A stretch of 64,000 nt of DNA from Anolis carolinensis (taxonomy: Eukaryota), in NCBI RefSeq assembly GCF_035594765.1, contig NC_085845.1, positions 173,492,897 through 173,556,896 on the forward strand. Direction: 5' to 3'. Position numbers and translations under genes: made by a program. The notes beneath the pieces are model-generated. The model was not told the DNA's origin. It saw nothing but the letters and a program-made list of their open reading frames with translations, and ran no database searches. Shown one piece after another: positions 25,151-38,262 of the stretch (the stretch's first letter is position 1; every line of letters begins with the position of its first letter).

Positions 25151-25572
25151 ACCGTGTTTCCCCATAAATAAGATGGTGTCTTATATTAATTTTTGCTCCC
25201 ATAGATGTGCTAAGTTTTATTTTCAGGGGATGTCTTATTTTTCTATGAAGAAGAATTCACATTTATTGTTGAACACAAAATGAACATTTATTATATACTG
25301 TACAGTAGTTGTCATCACAAACCAACATAACCAGACAAACTGTGAATCCTATCAAGAATTTCTTGTTACTACCATTATTTCCATGTACAACTAGTATGTA
25401 CATTTACCAATCCTGCATGCTCTGGTGTTCTATTTGGCAGGCGCTGGGCATGCATCCGAACAAAAACTTTGCTAGGTCTTACTTTTGGGGGAGGCCTTAT
25501 ATTTAGCAATTCAGCAAAACTTCTACTAGGTCTTATTTTTCGGGGATGTCTTATTTTCGGGAAAACAGGGTA
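25151..25572. mobile_element. Tc1/mariner (pogo/Tigger-like) non-autonomous element
   Basis: ta|ccgtgtttcccc ... gggaaaacaggg|ta; repeated gtcttatttt. Confidence 0.6.
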
Positions 25573-25733
25573 GTTTCTTAATCTGCATAGAATGATAGAC
25601 AGTGATGGAGTGCATGTGTGAGCAAGTATGCATCAATGAGAACATAAATATACAGATAGTGTCTTCTATGCAGTCTCAGTGAAATTGCTTAATTTAAATA
25701 CAGGACCTAAATCTTGTTAGCCTCTTGACTTAC

Positions 25734-25905
25734 CGTGTGGTCTTGGCAGCCATTGACTGTGCAATGGCATTGCTCTTCATGAGCAGATCCAAAGCCTTGG
25801 AAGCACAGCCAACCACTGCAGGAGGCAAGCTATTGGAGAAGAGGTACGGCCGAGAGCGTTGGCGGAGGAGGTCAACAAGTGCCTTGGGGCCAGTTGTGTA
25901 GCCAC
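25734..25905 (-). CDS. GCAT: GCAT exon 7
   Basis: GYTTGPKALVDLLRQRSRPYLFSNSLPPAVVGCASKALDLLMKSNAIAQSMAAKTT; ttcag| ... |gtaagt; 172 nt. Confidence 0.95.
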
Positions 25906-26255
25906 CTGAAAAGAGACAAAACTAGTATTTGACAGCAAGTTTGTGAAGCTTGTCGCCCATTATGTATTGGGCCAGGAGTTTCTGCACTCCTTTAAAGTTT
26001 CAGTTAGGCAACGAAGACTATGACAGGAGGTTGTTTCAAACAGAGCACAAAGTTTGAAAAGTACATGAGGTTTTAGGAGATTATACATTCCAGAATCCTT
26101 TAATCAGCATTGTCATGCTGACTAGGGGATTCTGGAAGTTGCAACCCACAAGATAACTGACGTACAGTATGCCTACCTGTTACACAAGCTCACTGAACGT
26201 AGTTTCAGTTAGATGCAAAAAAACTTTGAACACAAATTCTGCCGAAAGCCTAGAG

Positions 26256-26632
26256 TAGGAGTCCCCAAACTAAAGCCCGTGGGCCGGATGCGGCCTCCAA
26301 GGTCATTTACCCAGCCCCTGCTCTTAATCATAGACCTAGGGTCACCTCAAGTCCGAAATGACTTGAACGCACACAATAACAATAATCTTTATTAACTTGA
26401 CTATCTCATTAGTCAAAAGCAAGCTCACACTTCCCACTGAAATACTGGTAAGTTCATGTTGATTAAAGTTATTCATTTTAAATATTGTATTGCTATTGTA
26501 TTTGCACTACAAATAAGAAATATGCAGTATACATAGGAATTGGTCCATGCTTTTTTCAAACTATAATTCAGCTCCTCAACAGTCTGAGGATCTGTAAACT
26601 GGCCCTCTGCTTAAAAAGTTTGAGGACTTCTG
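26256..26632. mobile_element. hAT non-autonomous element
   Basis: 8-bp TSD GCCTAGAG on both sides; aggagtccccaaact / agtttgaggacttct TIRs. Confidence 0.75.
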
Positions 26633-27355
26633 GCCTAGAGAGAACATTGTGAGGTTCTCCTGCATGGTTCTATGGCAGGGGTGTCAAACTCATTTTCACC
26701 ACGGGTCACATCAGCCTTATGGTTGCCTTCAAATCCATAGACTGAGAATCTGTGCATACAGAGAGCCAACTATATATTTTACATAGTGGATGGTGCTCTC
26801 TAGTTTTTACCCAGTTTGGGTCCCAGATGTTATTGAACTATATTTCCCATCATTTTTTATTATCTGGCATGCGGACTGGGGATAATAGGAATTACAACTA
26901 TGCTGACTGACCAAAACAAACTGCAGCCTTCTAGATTTTATTGTATCACAACTCCCATCAGTTAGATTCATGATGTCTAATGATATCGGGGTTGTAGTTC
27001 AGCACCTGAAAGGCAACATAAAATTATTTGGAGGGCCAAATTTGGTCCATGGGCTTTGAGTTTGATACATGTGTTCTTGGTATGCTTCACCTGGAGGTCA
27101 AAGGCATTGTTCCTTTCAGGTAAGAAAATAGTGTTCCAATTTATACCCAAAAACTGGTTTACATCAAGTGTCCTGGAACGGATTCATTATGTGGGTCTAC
27201 TGTACTATTATACATGAGTGAAGAAACTGTCTATGGTCTAAAATAGTGCAAAAAGTGTAGAAGTTCAAGGCATACAATACCAAAAGGAAACAAAAAAGTA
27301 TGTTCTGCATTTTCTCCTAAATACCAAAACAGGACACCACTGTTAGAAACTTCAC

Positions 27356-27438
27356 CTGCTGCTCCTCCAAGTGCTTTTCCAAGGGTTGAGTTGATGATAG
27401 TGACTTTATCCATCACTCCCAAAAGCTCATCTGTGCCC
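27356..27438 (-). CDS. GCAT: GCAT exon 6 (PLP-binding Lys)
   Basis: GTDELLGVMDKVTIINSTLGKALGGAA; TLGKA motif of the alpha-oxoamine synthase family; 83 nt. Confidence 0.95.
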
Positions 27439-27619
27439 CTGCAAAGAGAGGATAGTTGGATTAACCTGGGCCTCTTACCTCTCATGGCAAATATCCAGCC
27501 AAAGATACTGCTATGACATTTATGGAACTTAGATCATCAAGGATCTAAGTGGCAGTACAATCCAATAAACCATACTGACACCAGAGGAAAAGACAAAGGA
27601 AAACAATTGAATTCCTTAC

Positions 27620-27774
27620 CGTCCATTGGGTCCCAGGAAGCCAGTGGCATGGCATTCATCAATAAAAACGATAGCATTGTACTTCTGGGCTAGGCTGCAG
27701 ATTTCCTTCAAAGGGGCAATATCACCATCCATAGAGAAAGCACCATCAGTGACCACCATCCGTAGACGACATTT
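27620..27774 (-). CDS. GCAT: GCAT exon 5
   Basis: KCRLRMVVTDGAFSMDGDIAPLKEICSLAQKYNAIVFIDECHATGFLGPNG; ccag| ... |gtaagg; 155 nt; preceded by an 82-nt intron. Confidence 0.95.
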
Positions 27775-27856
27775 CTGGACAGACAAGCAGATGTCATGAG
27801 GAAACAAATAGCTTTCAATAATGCTGAACAACAGGGAAGCAATGGCATTCACTCAC

Positions 27857-28003
27857 TTGTGCATCCTGCAATTTGGCTTCCAGGTCTTGCATGTCCATGT
27901 GCTTGTAGCGGTATTTATTAGCCTTACAGAGCCGGATCCCATCGATGATGGAGGCATGATTCAGTTCATCTGAAACTACTGCATCTTCAGGAGTCAGTAA
28001 TGC
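27857..28003 (-). CDS. GCAT: GCAT exon 4
   Basis: [49 protein letters not shown]; acag| ... |gtgagt; 147 nt. Confidence 0.95.
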
Positions 28004-28384
28004 CTGTGTCCCAACAAATAGAGTATGTTTATAATGCTTATATGCCTCTCTTTATTATATATAGTTTAGTTGACTGAGGGTGCTTCTACAAGTAGTTTGA
28101 AACCACTTTAACTGTCATGGCTCAATGATACAGAAGCTGCAGTTTTACTATGTGTTTAGACTTCTCTTCCAAATAGCACTGTTTTCTCGCCAAACTATAA
28201 ATCCCACCATTCCACAGCACTGAGCCATGACAATTAAAAGTGGTGTCAAACTGTGTTTGTGATGCTCCAGAAATTTAATTCTCTACTGACGCCAATAAGA
28301 TACCACACATGTGAAACCTGTGGAATTAAAATATTACAAATATTAAAATATTAAAAATTAACTAGGTATTTTTAATTACAAAAA

Positions 28385-28853
28385 TGTGAGTCAAGCACTG
28401 AAAGGGTTAAATAAGCTAGTGTTGCCCTAAGGAGAGTGAGTAGGCAGAAGCCTATTAAAGTTAGTGGGCTAAAGGTAATGTCATCCTGAGTGTGAAAGGC
28501 TCCTGTATGAAAAGGTCTCATGTGTGAAGCTCCAGTGTGAGAAGGCTCTTGTGTGTAAAGGCTACTGTGTGATGTTCCTGTGCACATATGTTCAGCGTAA
28601 GAGGAGGCTCTGTGAGAGCAGAGCTGTTTATCTGCATGAGAAAGAAGCCCAGCGTGGAAGCAAAGAAGGAAGTATAAAGAACTTTGTGTTATGGAAACCT
28701 TGTTTTTGTAAATAGTGCAAATATAAAATATTATTTTGCTACAGAGAAAAGCCTCCTAAAGAAGTGAAAACATTGGTCTATGTGTTTTTGTTTGTTTTAA
28801 TAAACCCACTCACCCAAACAATTTGTCTATCCAACTATAAGTAGGACTTAACA
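28385..28853 (+). mobile_element. Possible solo LTR in GCAT intron 3
   Basis: TGTGAGTC...GACTTAACA ends; internal ~17-bp tgtgaaaggctcc repeats; TATAAA at 28674 and AATAAA at 28799; no TSD found. Confidence 0.4.
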
Positions 28854-29855
28854 TAGTAATGTGCTACATTGGTCTGATCAATTATGGCTGCTCTTAACAA
28901 TTGGATGAGTTTTTTGGTTTAACTGGTGCAACAGTCAGATAGCTTTTACATTTTAGTTTCATTTGATTTCACTATTTGCCTTCTTTCTTGGTACAGATTG
29001 TGCATCCCTTATCCAGAATTCTGAAATTTGAAATACTCCTAAACCATCCACATGGGAAGCCGGGAAAGCAAAACCTTTGCTTTGCGAAAGTTCAATGTAC
29101 ACAAACTGTGTTTCAGGCACAAAATTGTTTTAAAATACTGCATATAAAATTACCTTCAGGCTACATATGAAATATAAAGGACTTTCATGTTTAGATTTTG
29201 ATTTCATCTCCAAGATACCTCATTATGTATATACAAATATTCTAAATAATAATAATAGTAGTAGTAGTAGTAGTAGTAGTAGTAACTTTATTTTTATATC
29301 CTGCTTCCATCTCCCCGAAGGGACTCAAGGCGGCTTACATGGGGATGATCCTGATCAAACATAGATTAAAAACATGAATCAGTAAAATGAACAGCATTAT
29401 AACAACATAAAACAACATCAGCAAACCATCAATAGCCTGAACAGTAATAAATACCGGAATTTGGAGGATAGGAGCTTGTGCAATAGAACTTCCGGACAGG
29501 CTGGTTGAAAATGCAGAGGCAATAATAAATTAGGGCTAGAAGGGCAATTATCACCTTCATTTGAAGGAGAGTTGGCACAAAACCACGAAATACTTCTGGT
29601 CCCAAGCATTTCAGACAAGGAAGACTCAATCTGTACCTGTACCTGTCCCAAATATGGACAAACACCTGACAATGGAAATAATATTTATTGTATCTGGTGA
29701 AGCTTATGACATAATAAATTTGTTAGGTTGCAATACTTTGATGTTGTTTTTGCTGCACTAACAAACCTTCCCAATAGAAATTATCATGATGATAAACTCT
29801 TTAGGGATTTTTCTCTAGTTATCATCCATGATTTACGTCCAAATGTGCTACAAAC

Positions 29856-29957
29856 CTCAAAGAGTCCTGCATTGGCATCAAAGCAGCTGGCATAGAGAAT
29901 GGCATCTTCTCTCTGGTGGAAGAGAGCAATTTTCTCCTCCAGATCCTTGTGTATGTT
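29856..29957 (-). CDS. GCAT: GCAT exon 3
   Basis: NIHKDLEEKIALFHQREDAILYASCFDANAGLFE; tttag| ... |gtttgt; 102 nt. Confidence 0.95.
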
Positions 29958-30574
29958 CTAAAGTGTTGGAAAAAAGCAACAGTAAAGAGTTGTATTATTC
30001 CTAATGTTACAGCCAGAAAAGTAGGCTGAGCAAGATTTACACTTCCTGGGAATAGATATTTGGTTCTGTGCCAAATCTGAAGTTGAATAAAACCATATCC
30101 CATAAGCAGATACATGCAAATACGCTAATTCTGCATCAGCTGTAGGTTAGATTCCTTTGCTAATTTTCTTCCTGAAGAAAGCAATTACTACTTTTAGCTA
30201 TTAACTTCCCACTGTACAGAAGTCTTCACAATTCATATTATAATTCAGGAATAATTACACAAAGAAAGCTCAGTTTTATGCAGAAGTTCTGAATTATTAA
30301 TAGCATGTTTTATGCACACAGTGTTGTGCAGAATGCAACATTTCAGTGAAAAAAACATGAAATATTTGCCAAGAATGAGCCCAACATCATTATTTTCCAG
30401 AAAAATGCTTCCCTGGGCAAAGCGACGATTTTCAAATTCATTCAAATAAAGTAAATCCTAAACCACAAATATTCTTGTCCAGGATTATTATTGTCAGGGC
30501 TTTGCAACATTAAAAAACCCCACACGTATTGATGCAAAATAAAACCTGATTTTCTACTACTTCTAATGTGTGTT

Positions 30575-30885
30575 GTCAAAGGCTTTCATGGCCGGAATCA
30601 CCAGGTTGCTGTGAGTTTTCCGGGTTGTATGGCCATGTTCCAGAAGCATTCTCTCCTGAGGTTTTGCCCACATCTATGGCAGGCATCCTCAGAGGCTGTA
30701 AGGTCTGTTGGGAAACTAGGCAAGTGGGGTTTATATATATCTGTGGAATGTTCATAAACCCCACTTGCCTAGTTTCCAACAGACCTCACAACCTCTAAGG
30801 ATACCTGTCATAGATGAGGGTGAAACGTCAGGAGAGAATGCTTCTGGAACATAGCCATACAACCCGGAAAATTCACAGCAACCCA
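30575..30885. mobile_element. Penelope terminal repeats in inverted arrangement (GCAT intron 2)
   Basis: About 30603-30735 is the reverse complement of about 30754-30884; both arms carry mutated hammerhead motifs. Confidence 0.85.
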
Positions 30886-31284
30886 GTACTCAAATGTTCT
30901 TTCCATTTCTAGCTAACTCTACTAGAACTGGCAGAATTTCAGTTTTAACTTCATGCAGAATTTCAATTTCTCCCCCACTTTTTAAAATGCAGATCCTTTT
31001 GCTTTTTTTTTAAATGCAGGTTTGATTATTTGCTTTTGCAGGTCTGATTATTTATAGATTTGATATTATCTTTAGATCCTTCCGTGCAACCAAAAGTCAT
31101 CTTCAGCCACAAGATGGCCACAGAGCTATGCTGGAGGACCTAGAGATTCCTACAGAGGGGCTTACCGGGGTTTCAACAGGATAACAATTTTCAAATGTGT
31201 GGATTTTCCACTTTCACTGGGGGAAGGCACCCTAAACACCATAAAACTATGGTACTTTTACAAAAGTGAAACACTCTTTCCTAC

Positions 31285-31415
31285 TTGTGTTCCACAGATG
31301 AAGCGGACAGAGCTGAGGCCGGCACCATACTGCTTCAGGGCATCCAATCCAGAACGGATCACTTCAGGATGACTGGAGAGCCCCAAGTAATTGTTGGCAC
31401 AGAAATTCAGAATAT
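31285..31415 (-). CDS. GCAT: GCAT exon 2
   Basis: DILNFCANNYLGLSSHPEVIRSGLDALKQYGAGLSSVRFICGTQ; ttgcag| ... |gtagga; 131 nt. Confidence 0.95.
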
Positions 31416-31653
31416 CTGCAAGAAGAGCAAAAAAGAAATTCTCTGCTGACTACAATAAAACAAACAAGATACCATACATGTGAAACATTAGCAGGAAGAA
31501 GTGAACAATACATGTAGGAATATGAGCCGTATTCATTTTCTTAAGCTGTTATATCTTTCTTACTCATCCAATCTGGGAAGCTCCTTATACACAGAGCTCG
31601 AAAGTTATGTTTAGACCACATCACCCAGAATTTCACAGCTAGATGGGTCAGAA

Positions 31654-31788
31654 CAGTGGTTCTCTACCTGGGGTCCCAAGATGTTTTTGGCCTTCAACTC
31701 ACAGAAATCCTAACAGCTGGTAAACTGGCTGGGATTTCTGGGAGTTGTAGGCCAAAACACCTGGGGACCCACAGATTGAGAACCACTG
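31654..31788. mobile_element. hAT-type MITE
   Basis: cagtggttctc ... gagaaccactg TIRs; partial copy at 35895-35968. Confidence 0.7.
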
Positions 31789-33694
31789 GGCCAGAAGCTA
31801 TACAAGACAAGCAAATCCGAGGAGTCCTAACCTTTTTTCTCAATGCTATCCTACCTATGATGGGTCTCCAAGGTTGTTTTAGCACCCCTTGGTCCCTTTA
31901 GACCTCCCAGATTTTCAATAATGATGACCATAACAATAAACTGTTTCACCTGGAAATCTTCAGAACAATTCTCTTTTTAAATATGTTGCAGATTGCCTGT
32001 GTTGCTTAACATTTAAAAATATACAAAAGGAACACAGAAGTAACTTTCCTGAGATCTGATGTATGTTTAAATACATTAAAAGACTTAGAAAATATTTCAA
32101 GACAGGGGTTACATCTGCACTGTAGAATTAATGCAGTTTGACACTATGTAACAGCCATGGCTCAACTGCTATGGAATTTGGGGAGTTATAGTTTGACAAG
32201 GCACCCTACTCTTTGGCAGAGAAGGCTAAAGACACTGTGAAACCAAAACTTTCATGATTCCATAACACTGGGCTACGGTTGTTAAGGTGGAAACAAACTG
32301 CATTGATTGATGCATCCTTAGTGGCTTATAACAAAAATTAGAAGATTACCCAAAGCTAACATAAGTTATTAAAAACATCACCAAAACAGAAGCATCTTGT
32401 TATTGTGAAGCAACCCATAACAATCCTTTCAAGGTGCAGAACATATTAGTTGCTCTACATCCTTCTTTTCATAAATACCATTAGTAGCGGCACTTGCCCT
32501 TTAGATATGCTTCCAAGTTCAACAACTGCTGTTTTCATACTCTCCTGGCTGTGCAAATATATCCGCCCACCTCTTTTCGTGCCAATACTAGCTATCATTC
32601 TTCAACGTCTGCATTAGCTAGGGTATTATTACTGTTGGAGGATATATTCTAATTGATGTTTGCTATTTAATATAAATTAATTTATACAATCTTAAATGCC
32701 ATATTTTTAGGAAGTAAGTACATTTCAGGCTAAACAAATAAATAAGGTATTGTTATCGTGAATTCTACTGACTGCACAATGAATTAAACATAATGCAACA
32801 TCAATTGATTCAGAGTTGGGGCATACTGGTCCCCCATCAGATATTTTAGTCTACATCTCCCATCATCTCACACAGTATGGAAGCAATTTAGTTTCACTGG
32901 CTGGATCCATGGGTCATTTAACTCTTTTCAACTCTTCTAACTAGAGCACATCAAGGTCACATGACTCCATGCAATTAGTAACTACTGGAGTCTCATGTCA
33001 ATGAATCTGTTCCAGGTTTCAGTCTGAACTTTAAAGAGGACTTGTTTCAGAGATACAGTTCAGCATTTTGGGATGGGTCCTTCAAAGTTCAACTAAAATC
33101 TAGAGTAGCTGTACTGACACCGAAGTCACTCGGGTGGTTTGTTTTTGGCTTCCTACATTGAAAAAAACTGATTTCAACTGAGAACTATGGATAGACAGAC
33201 AGGTAAATCTGGAACTCTTCCACACCTACAGCACATTGATTTCATTTTAATTGCCATGGCAGCATCCTAAGGAATCCTGTGACTTTAGGGAGGACTATTT
33301 AAAATTGCCAGCAAGAGAGTTGTAGTCATCAGACTACAATCCCCACAATATGTTGCCATGGCAATTAAAGAGGAATCATGGTGCTATGACTGTACAGTGG
33401 TTATACCTACAAGCTGCCTCTCAATGTCCAATTTGCAGCTTTGCGCTCTGCTTCATTGAGTCATCCAAGTGCCAGCATAGTTCCCGGTTGACCCTATACG
33501 TCAGGGCTTTCCCAACTGTGTAACAGCACGTTTGTGTGCTGGCTGTAAAGATGTGTCATGCAAACATAACATGAAACCTCTAAATCTATGTGAAATAAGC
33601 AATAAATCATGTATTTTGAAAAAGTATAAAGAAAACCTTTCATTAGGTGTGTTGTTCCCCTATACATTTTGTTATTTATATATGTGTCAATATC

Positions 33695-34200
33695 AGGGAG
33701 TCCCCAGTTCAACGGGTTAAACCGCTGAGCTGCTGAACTTACTGACCAAAAGGTCGGCAATTCGAATCCAGAGAGTGGGGTGAGCTCTTGCTGTTAGCCC
33801 AGGTTCTGCCAAGCTAACATTTTGAAAACATGCAAATGTGAGTAGATCGATAGGTACTCTTCCAGTGGGAAAGTAACAGAGCTCCATGTAATCATGCCAG
33901 CCAAATGATCTTGAAGGTGCCTATGGACAACACCGGCTCTTCAACTTAGAAATGGAGATGAGCACCAATCCCCAGAGTCGGACACGACTAGACTTAATGT
34001 CATGGGGAAACCTTTGAGTGCTGTTACCTTCCCGCCAAAGTGGTACCTATTGATCTACTTACATGCGCATGTTTTCGAACTACTGGGTTGGCAGAAGATG
34101 GAACTAACACCGGGAACTCATCCCATCCCACAGATTCGAACTGCCAATCTTCTGGTCAGCAAGTTCTGCAGCTTGGCAGTTTTTAAGCTACTGCGCCACC
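33695..34200. mobile_element. Two Sauria SINEs tail-to-tail (33695-34015 +, 34016-34200 -) in GCAT intron 1
   Basis: A full + copy followed immediately by a reverse 5'-half copy. Confidence 0.75.
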
Positions 34201-34346
34201 TCGTGCTGCTACACACATCATATTAATTTCTGTGGCTCCAACTTCTGGAACCTTAGAGCGTGCATTTTTAGATTTCCCGGCTAGATAGCTCTTGTGTTGC
34301 AACTCCTGGGGATGGATCAGATTTCTTTAGCAAACAATTTTAATTA

Positions 34347-34852
34347 GTGGGTTGCTATGAGTTTTCTGGGCTGTTTGGCCATGTTGCAGAAGCATTCTCT
34401 CCTGGTGTTTCACCTACATCTGTGGCAGGCATCCTCAGAGGTTCTTTATTTATCTGGACACAGCATAAATGCTGGACCACTCTAACAACCACCATGTCAG
34501 AATGCACAGAGAAGCCATTGTAATCCTCAAGCATGTGGACAATTTCAACAGAAGGGAGGAAACCATGAAAATGAACAAAATCTGACTATCAATATTAAAA
34601 AAAACTCCAAAATCAGGACAGTAAATAAAGAAGAACAGTATAAAAACAGGATAATTCCAGACATGAAACAATCAGGGCCAGCCAACACCTCTCAACAAAG
34701 GATTCCCTCAGGCAGGAAGCAGCCAGGCTTTGAATCTGCAAGGCCATTAAATGCTAACCAAGGTGATCAATTGCAACACTAAGATTTGATTCAAGCAGAC
34801 AAGACTGTTTTCTCCCACTCTGGATTTTCCACAGATATATAAACTCCACTTT
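34347..34852. mobile_element. Penelope-like element fragment: inverted terminal repeat plus GIY-YIG C-terminus
   Basis: Terminal repeat on - (34347-34443) joined to + strand LDHSNNHHVRMHREAI..KHVDNFNRREETMKMNKI. Confidence 0.8.
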
Positions 34853-35206
34853 GAAAAATACAATATGAATGGGTTCCCGAGTAGTTAAACTAAAACAAAT
34901 AGCCCACTTATATACAAAATAGAAAATGAATGAGTTCAGTGAATAATTTGAATATTAAACTAGTTATACTGTTCGAATTCACAGTAATCACGAACAATAT
35001 TATATGGGTTTTGTACAATCACTTTGAATACTGTTTCAAAGTGATTGTACAAAATCCATATAATATTGAGGCAAGTTCGAAAGTGGTGTCAACCCGCATT
35101 AATTCTACAGTGTGGATGCACCTACAGAGTTCACTTCCAAAGCAGCATCCGACCCAAGCTTCTCTCCCCGTCCTTCCCTGTTCCAGCTGGGTCCCCGCCT
35201 ACCTAC

Positions 35207-35399
35207 CTCCCCGGCTGCCTTCCACCTGGATGTGCGGCCCTTGTTTGGAGAGGATGACTCTCTCGCTCTTCCAGGTCCCGGCCCCGCGGATGCCCTCCAG
35301 CTCCCCTTCCAGCACATGCTCCAACTGGGCCAAAGCGGACCGCAGCCGGGCGCCCAGAGGCCGCGAAGCCCCGAAAAAAAGCCCACTCCTCGCCCACAT
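35207..35399 (-). CDS. GCAT: GCAT (glycine C-acetyltransferase / 2-amino-3-ketobutyrate CoA ligase, mitochondrial) exon 1
   Basis: MWARSGLFFGASRPLGARLRSALAQLEHVLEGELEGIRGAGTWKSERVILSKQGPHI; Arg-rich transit peptide; donor G|GTAGGT; 193 nt; in a CpG island. Confidence 0.95.
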
Positions 35400-35585
35400 G
35401 CCTCCTCCTCGCCCCTCGGATCAGAAAGAACGGGCGAGAACCGTGGGACAGGCCGCGCCCAATCAGAAAGCGGAGGCGGGTCCCGCCGCGGCCAATCAGC
35501 GGCGGTGTTTATTTAAAGAGACAGGCAGAAAAAGCCCACCGAAGCACTTGTTTTGGGAGTGGGCACGTGGCCTCCAAAGCCACCA
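35400..35585 (-). promoter_or_regulatory. GCAT CpG-island promoter with twin CCAAT boxes
   Basis: CpG-rich 35150-35580; CCAATCAG at 35459 and 35492 (33-bp spacing); GC-box-like motifs; CACGTG at about 35564. Confidence 0.65.
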
Positions 35586-35649
35586 CTAACTGTACTATAA
35601 CATAATGTAACACGACTTTTGTTCCTGGGTTATACATGTCATTTCCTAG

Positions 35650-35840
35650 AATTCTAGAGTTGGAAGAGATCTCATGGGCCATCCAGTCCAACCCCCTGCC
35701 AAGAAGCAGGAAAATCGCATTCAAAGCACCCCCGACAGATGGCCATCCAGCTTCTGTTTAAAAACCTCCAAAGAAGGAGCGCGGCAGAGAGTTCCACTGC
35801 TGAACAGCTCTCACAGTAAGGAAGTTCTTAATGTTCAGGT
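35650..35840 (-). mobile_element. CR1 3' end
   Basis: agagttggaagagatctcatgggccatccagtccaacccc. Confidence 0.8.
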
Positions 35841-36147
35841 AGAACCCTCATAGCAACCCTATTGTAATCTTGTTTTAAAATTACTTCCACACTATGCTGG
35901 TAAACTGGCTGGGATTTCTGGGAGTTGTAGGCTAAAACACCTGGGGACCCAAAGATTGAGAACCACTGCCGTAGAACTAATGCAGTTTGATACCATTTGA
36001 AATGCCATAGCTCAATGATATGGGATCATGGGAGTTGTAGTTTTACAAGGTTTTTAGCCTTCATCAAATTACAATTCTAGCCCATTGAACCATGGCAGCC
36101 AAAGTGGTTTCAAACTGCATTCATTCAACAGTGTAGATGGAGCTTTT

Positions 36148-36797
36148 AATAATAATAATAATAATAACTTTCTTTTTATACCCCGCCCCATCTCCCCGAA
36201 GGGACTCGGGGCGGCTTACATGGGGCCTAGCCCAATAAAACAATCAATATCAGTAACACGACTATAAAACAATTATACCAGTAAAACATCAATAAAAACA
36301 ATCGTTAAAATCGGCAAGAAGCATACGAAAAACATACAATATTAAAACAGGAGACTAATTCATAAAATCCAGAACAGAATGTGCTGGTAGAAATGGACAA
36401 TAAAGTGCAAAATAGCATTGGCAACATCTCGAAATGGGGGCTATTATAAAATGGGCAGATGGATCAGTCCAACATCAAATTAGGTATCAAAGGCCTTTTG
36501 GAAGAGCCAGGTTTTTAAGCTCCTACGAAAGGAGAGTAGGGTAGGGGCCTGCCTGATCTCTCTAGGGAGCGAGTTCCAAAGCCGGGGGGCCACGACGGAG
36601 AAGGCCCTCTCTCTCGTCCCCACCAACCGCGACTGCGAGGGTGGTGGGAGCGAGAGAAGGGCCTCCCCCGACGAGCAAAGAGAACGTGCGGGTTCGTAGG
36701 GGGAGATGCGGTCTCTAAGGTAGGTGGGTCCCAAACCGTTTAGGGCTTTGTAGGTGATAACCTGCACCTTGAATTGGGCCCGGAAAGTAAACGGCAG
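36148..36797 (-). mobile_element. L2 LINE 3' fragment
   Basis: LPFTFRAQFKVQVITYKALNGLGP...RAFSVVAPRLWNSLP; (TAA)n tail. Confidence 0.88.
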
Positions 36798-37311
36798 CTT
36801 TTGCATATATTTCATTGTGTTTTAATATTTGTATGATCTGTGAGACAAAAGATTTAGTTTTAAAACAAAATTATAGTCCTGTTTTAACACATTCACTCAG
36901 TTTTCAATTGTCTTGTGTCATGTTTGCTGTCAGTCACCATGAGTCCCTGTATTAGGAGTAAGTCAGCATAGGAATAAAGTAAATAAATGAAGCTGTGCTG
37001 TTGAATGAATGCAGCTTGACACTCCTTTATCAGCCTTGTGTAGATGCACTGCCAGAGGAACCAGAGACAATGAAGTGAAGCCTGGGAGTGGCTAAGTGGG
37101 TTGGTTGCAAGTCTGTGACTGTCAGCAAGGCTTGTGGTTAGAAAGCCTGCTAGACAGGTATGGCCAGGGAAACATCTGCTATCTTTAAGAAACAAAACAA
37201 CTTATCCCTCTTAAATGGTTATCTTAAATATTCCAAAATCCAAAATTGTCCGCATGGGTGGCTGAGATTATGACTCTTTGTGATCATTCTGTGTACACGC
37301 AGGTTCTGTTA

Positions 37312-38262
37312 TGCTGCTCATAGGGCTTGTTCTCCAGACCCTTGATCATTTTAGTCATCCTCCTCTGGACACATTCCAGCTTCAGCTTGTCAACATCTCC
37401 CTTCAACTGCAGTGCCCAGAATTGGACACAGTATTCCAGGTGTGGTCTGACCAAGGCACAATAGAAGGGTAGTATGACTTTCCTGGATCTAGACACTATA
37501 CTCCCTATTTATGCAGGCCAAAATCCCATTGACTTTTTTAGCTGCCACATCACATTGTTGGCTCATGTTTAACTTGTTGTCCATGAGGACTCCAAGGTCT
37601 TTTTCACATGTACTGCTGTCGAGCCAGGTGTCCCCCATTCTATATCTTTGCATTTCATTTTTCTGCCTAAGTGGAGTATCTTGCATTTGTCCCTGCTGAA
37701 CTTCATTTTGTTAGTTTTGACTCATCTTTCTAATCTGTTAAGATTGTTTTGAATTCTGCTCCTGTTTTCTGGCGTATTGGCTATCCCTTCCAATTTTGTG
37801 TTGTCTGCAAACTTGATGATAGTGCCATCTAACACGTCTTTTAAAAGTCATTAATGAAGATGTTAAACAGAACTAGGCCCAGGACAGAACCCTGCTTATG
37901 GCACACCACTCATCACCTCTCTCCAGGATGAAAAGGGAGCATTGATGAGCACCCTTTGGGTTCGTTCACTTAACCAGTTACAGATCCACCTAACCTTAGT
38001 TTTGCCTAGCCCACATTTGACTAGTTTGTTTGCCAGAAAGTCACAGGGGTCCTTGTCGAAGGCCTTACTGAAATCCAAATATACTACAGCCACAGAGTTC
38101 CCTGCATCGAAAAAAGAGATTAGATTAGTCTGTCAGTGTTTTTGAGAAATCCATGTTGACTACTAGCGATGACCGCATTCCTTTCTAAGAGTTTGCAGAC
38201 CACCTCCTTAATTATCTTTTCCAGAATCTTGCCTGGTATCCACGTGAGACTGACCAGATGGT
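37312..38262 (-). mobile_element. CR1 LINE RT fragment
   Basis: VYLDFSKAFD...WICNWLSERTQRV...SGVP; EKDLGV; [11 protein letters not shown], with frameshifts. Confidence 0.9.

Noticed and set aside
34930-35589. 219-aa ORF on +
   Set aside because: Antisense read-through of the GCAT exon 1 CpG island; no recognisable domain
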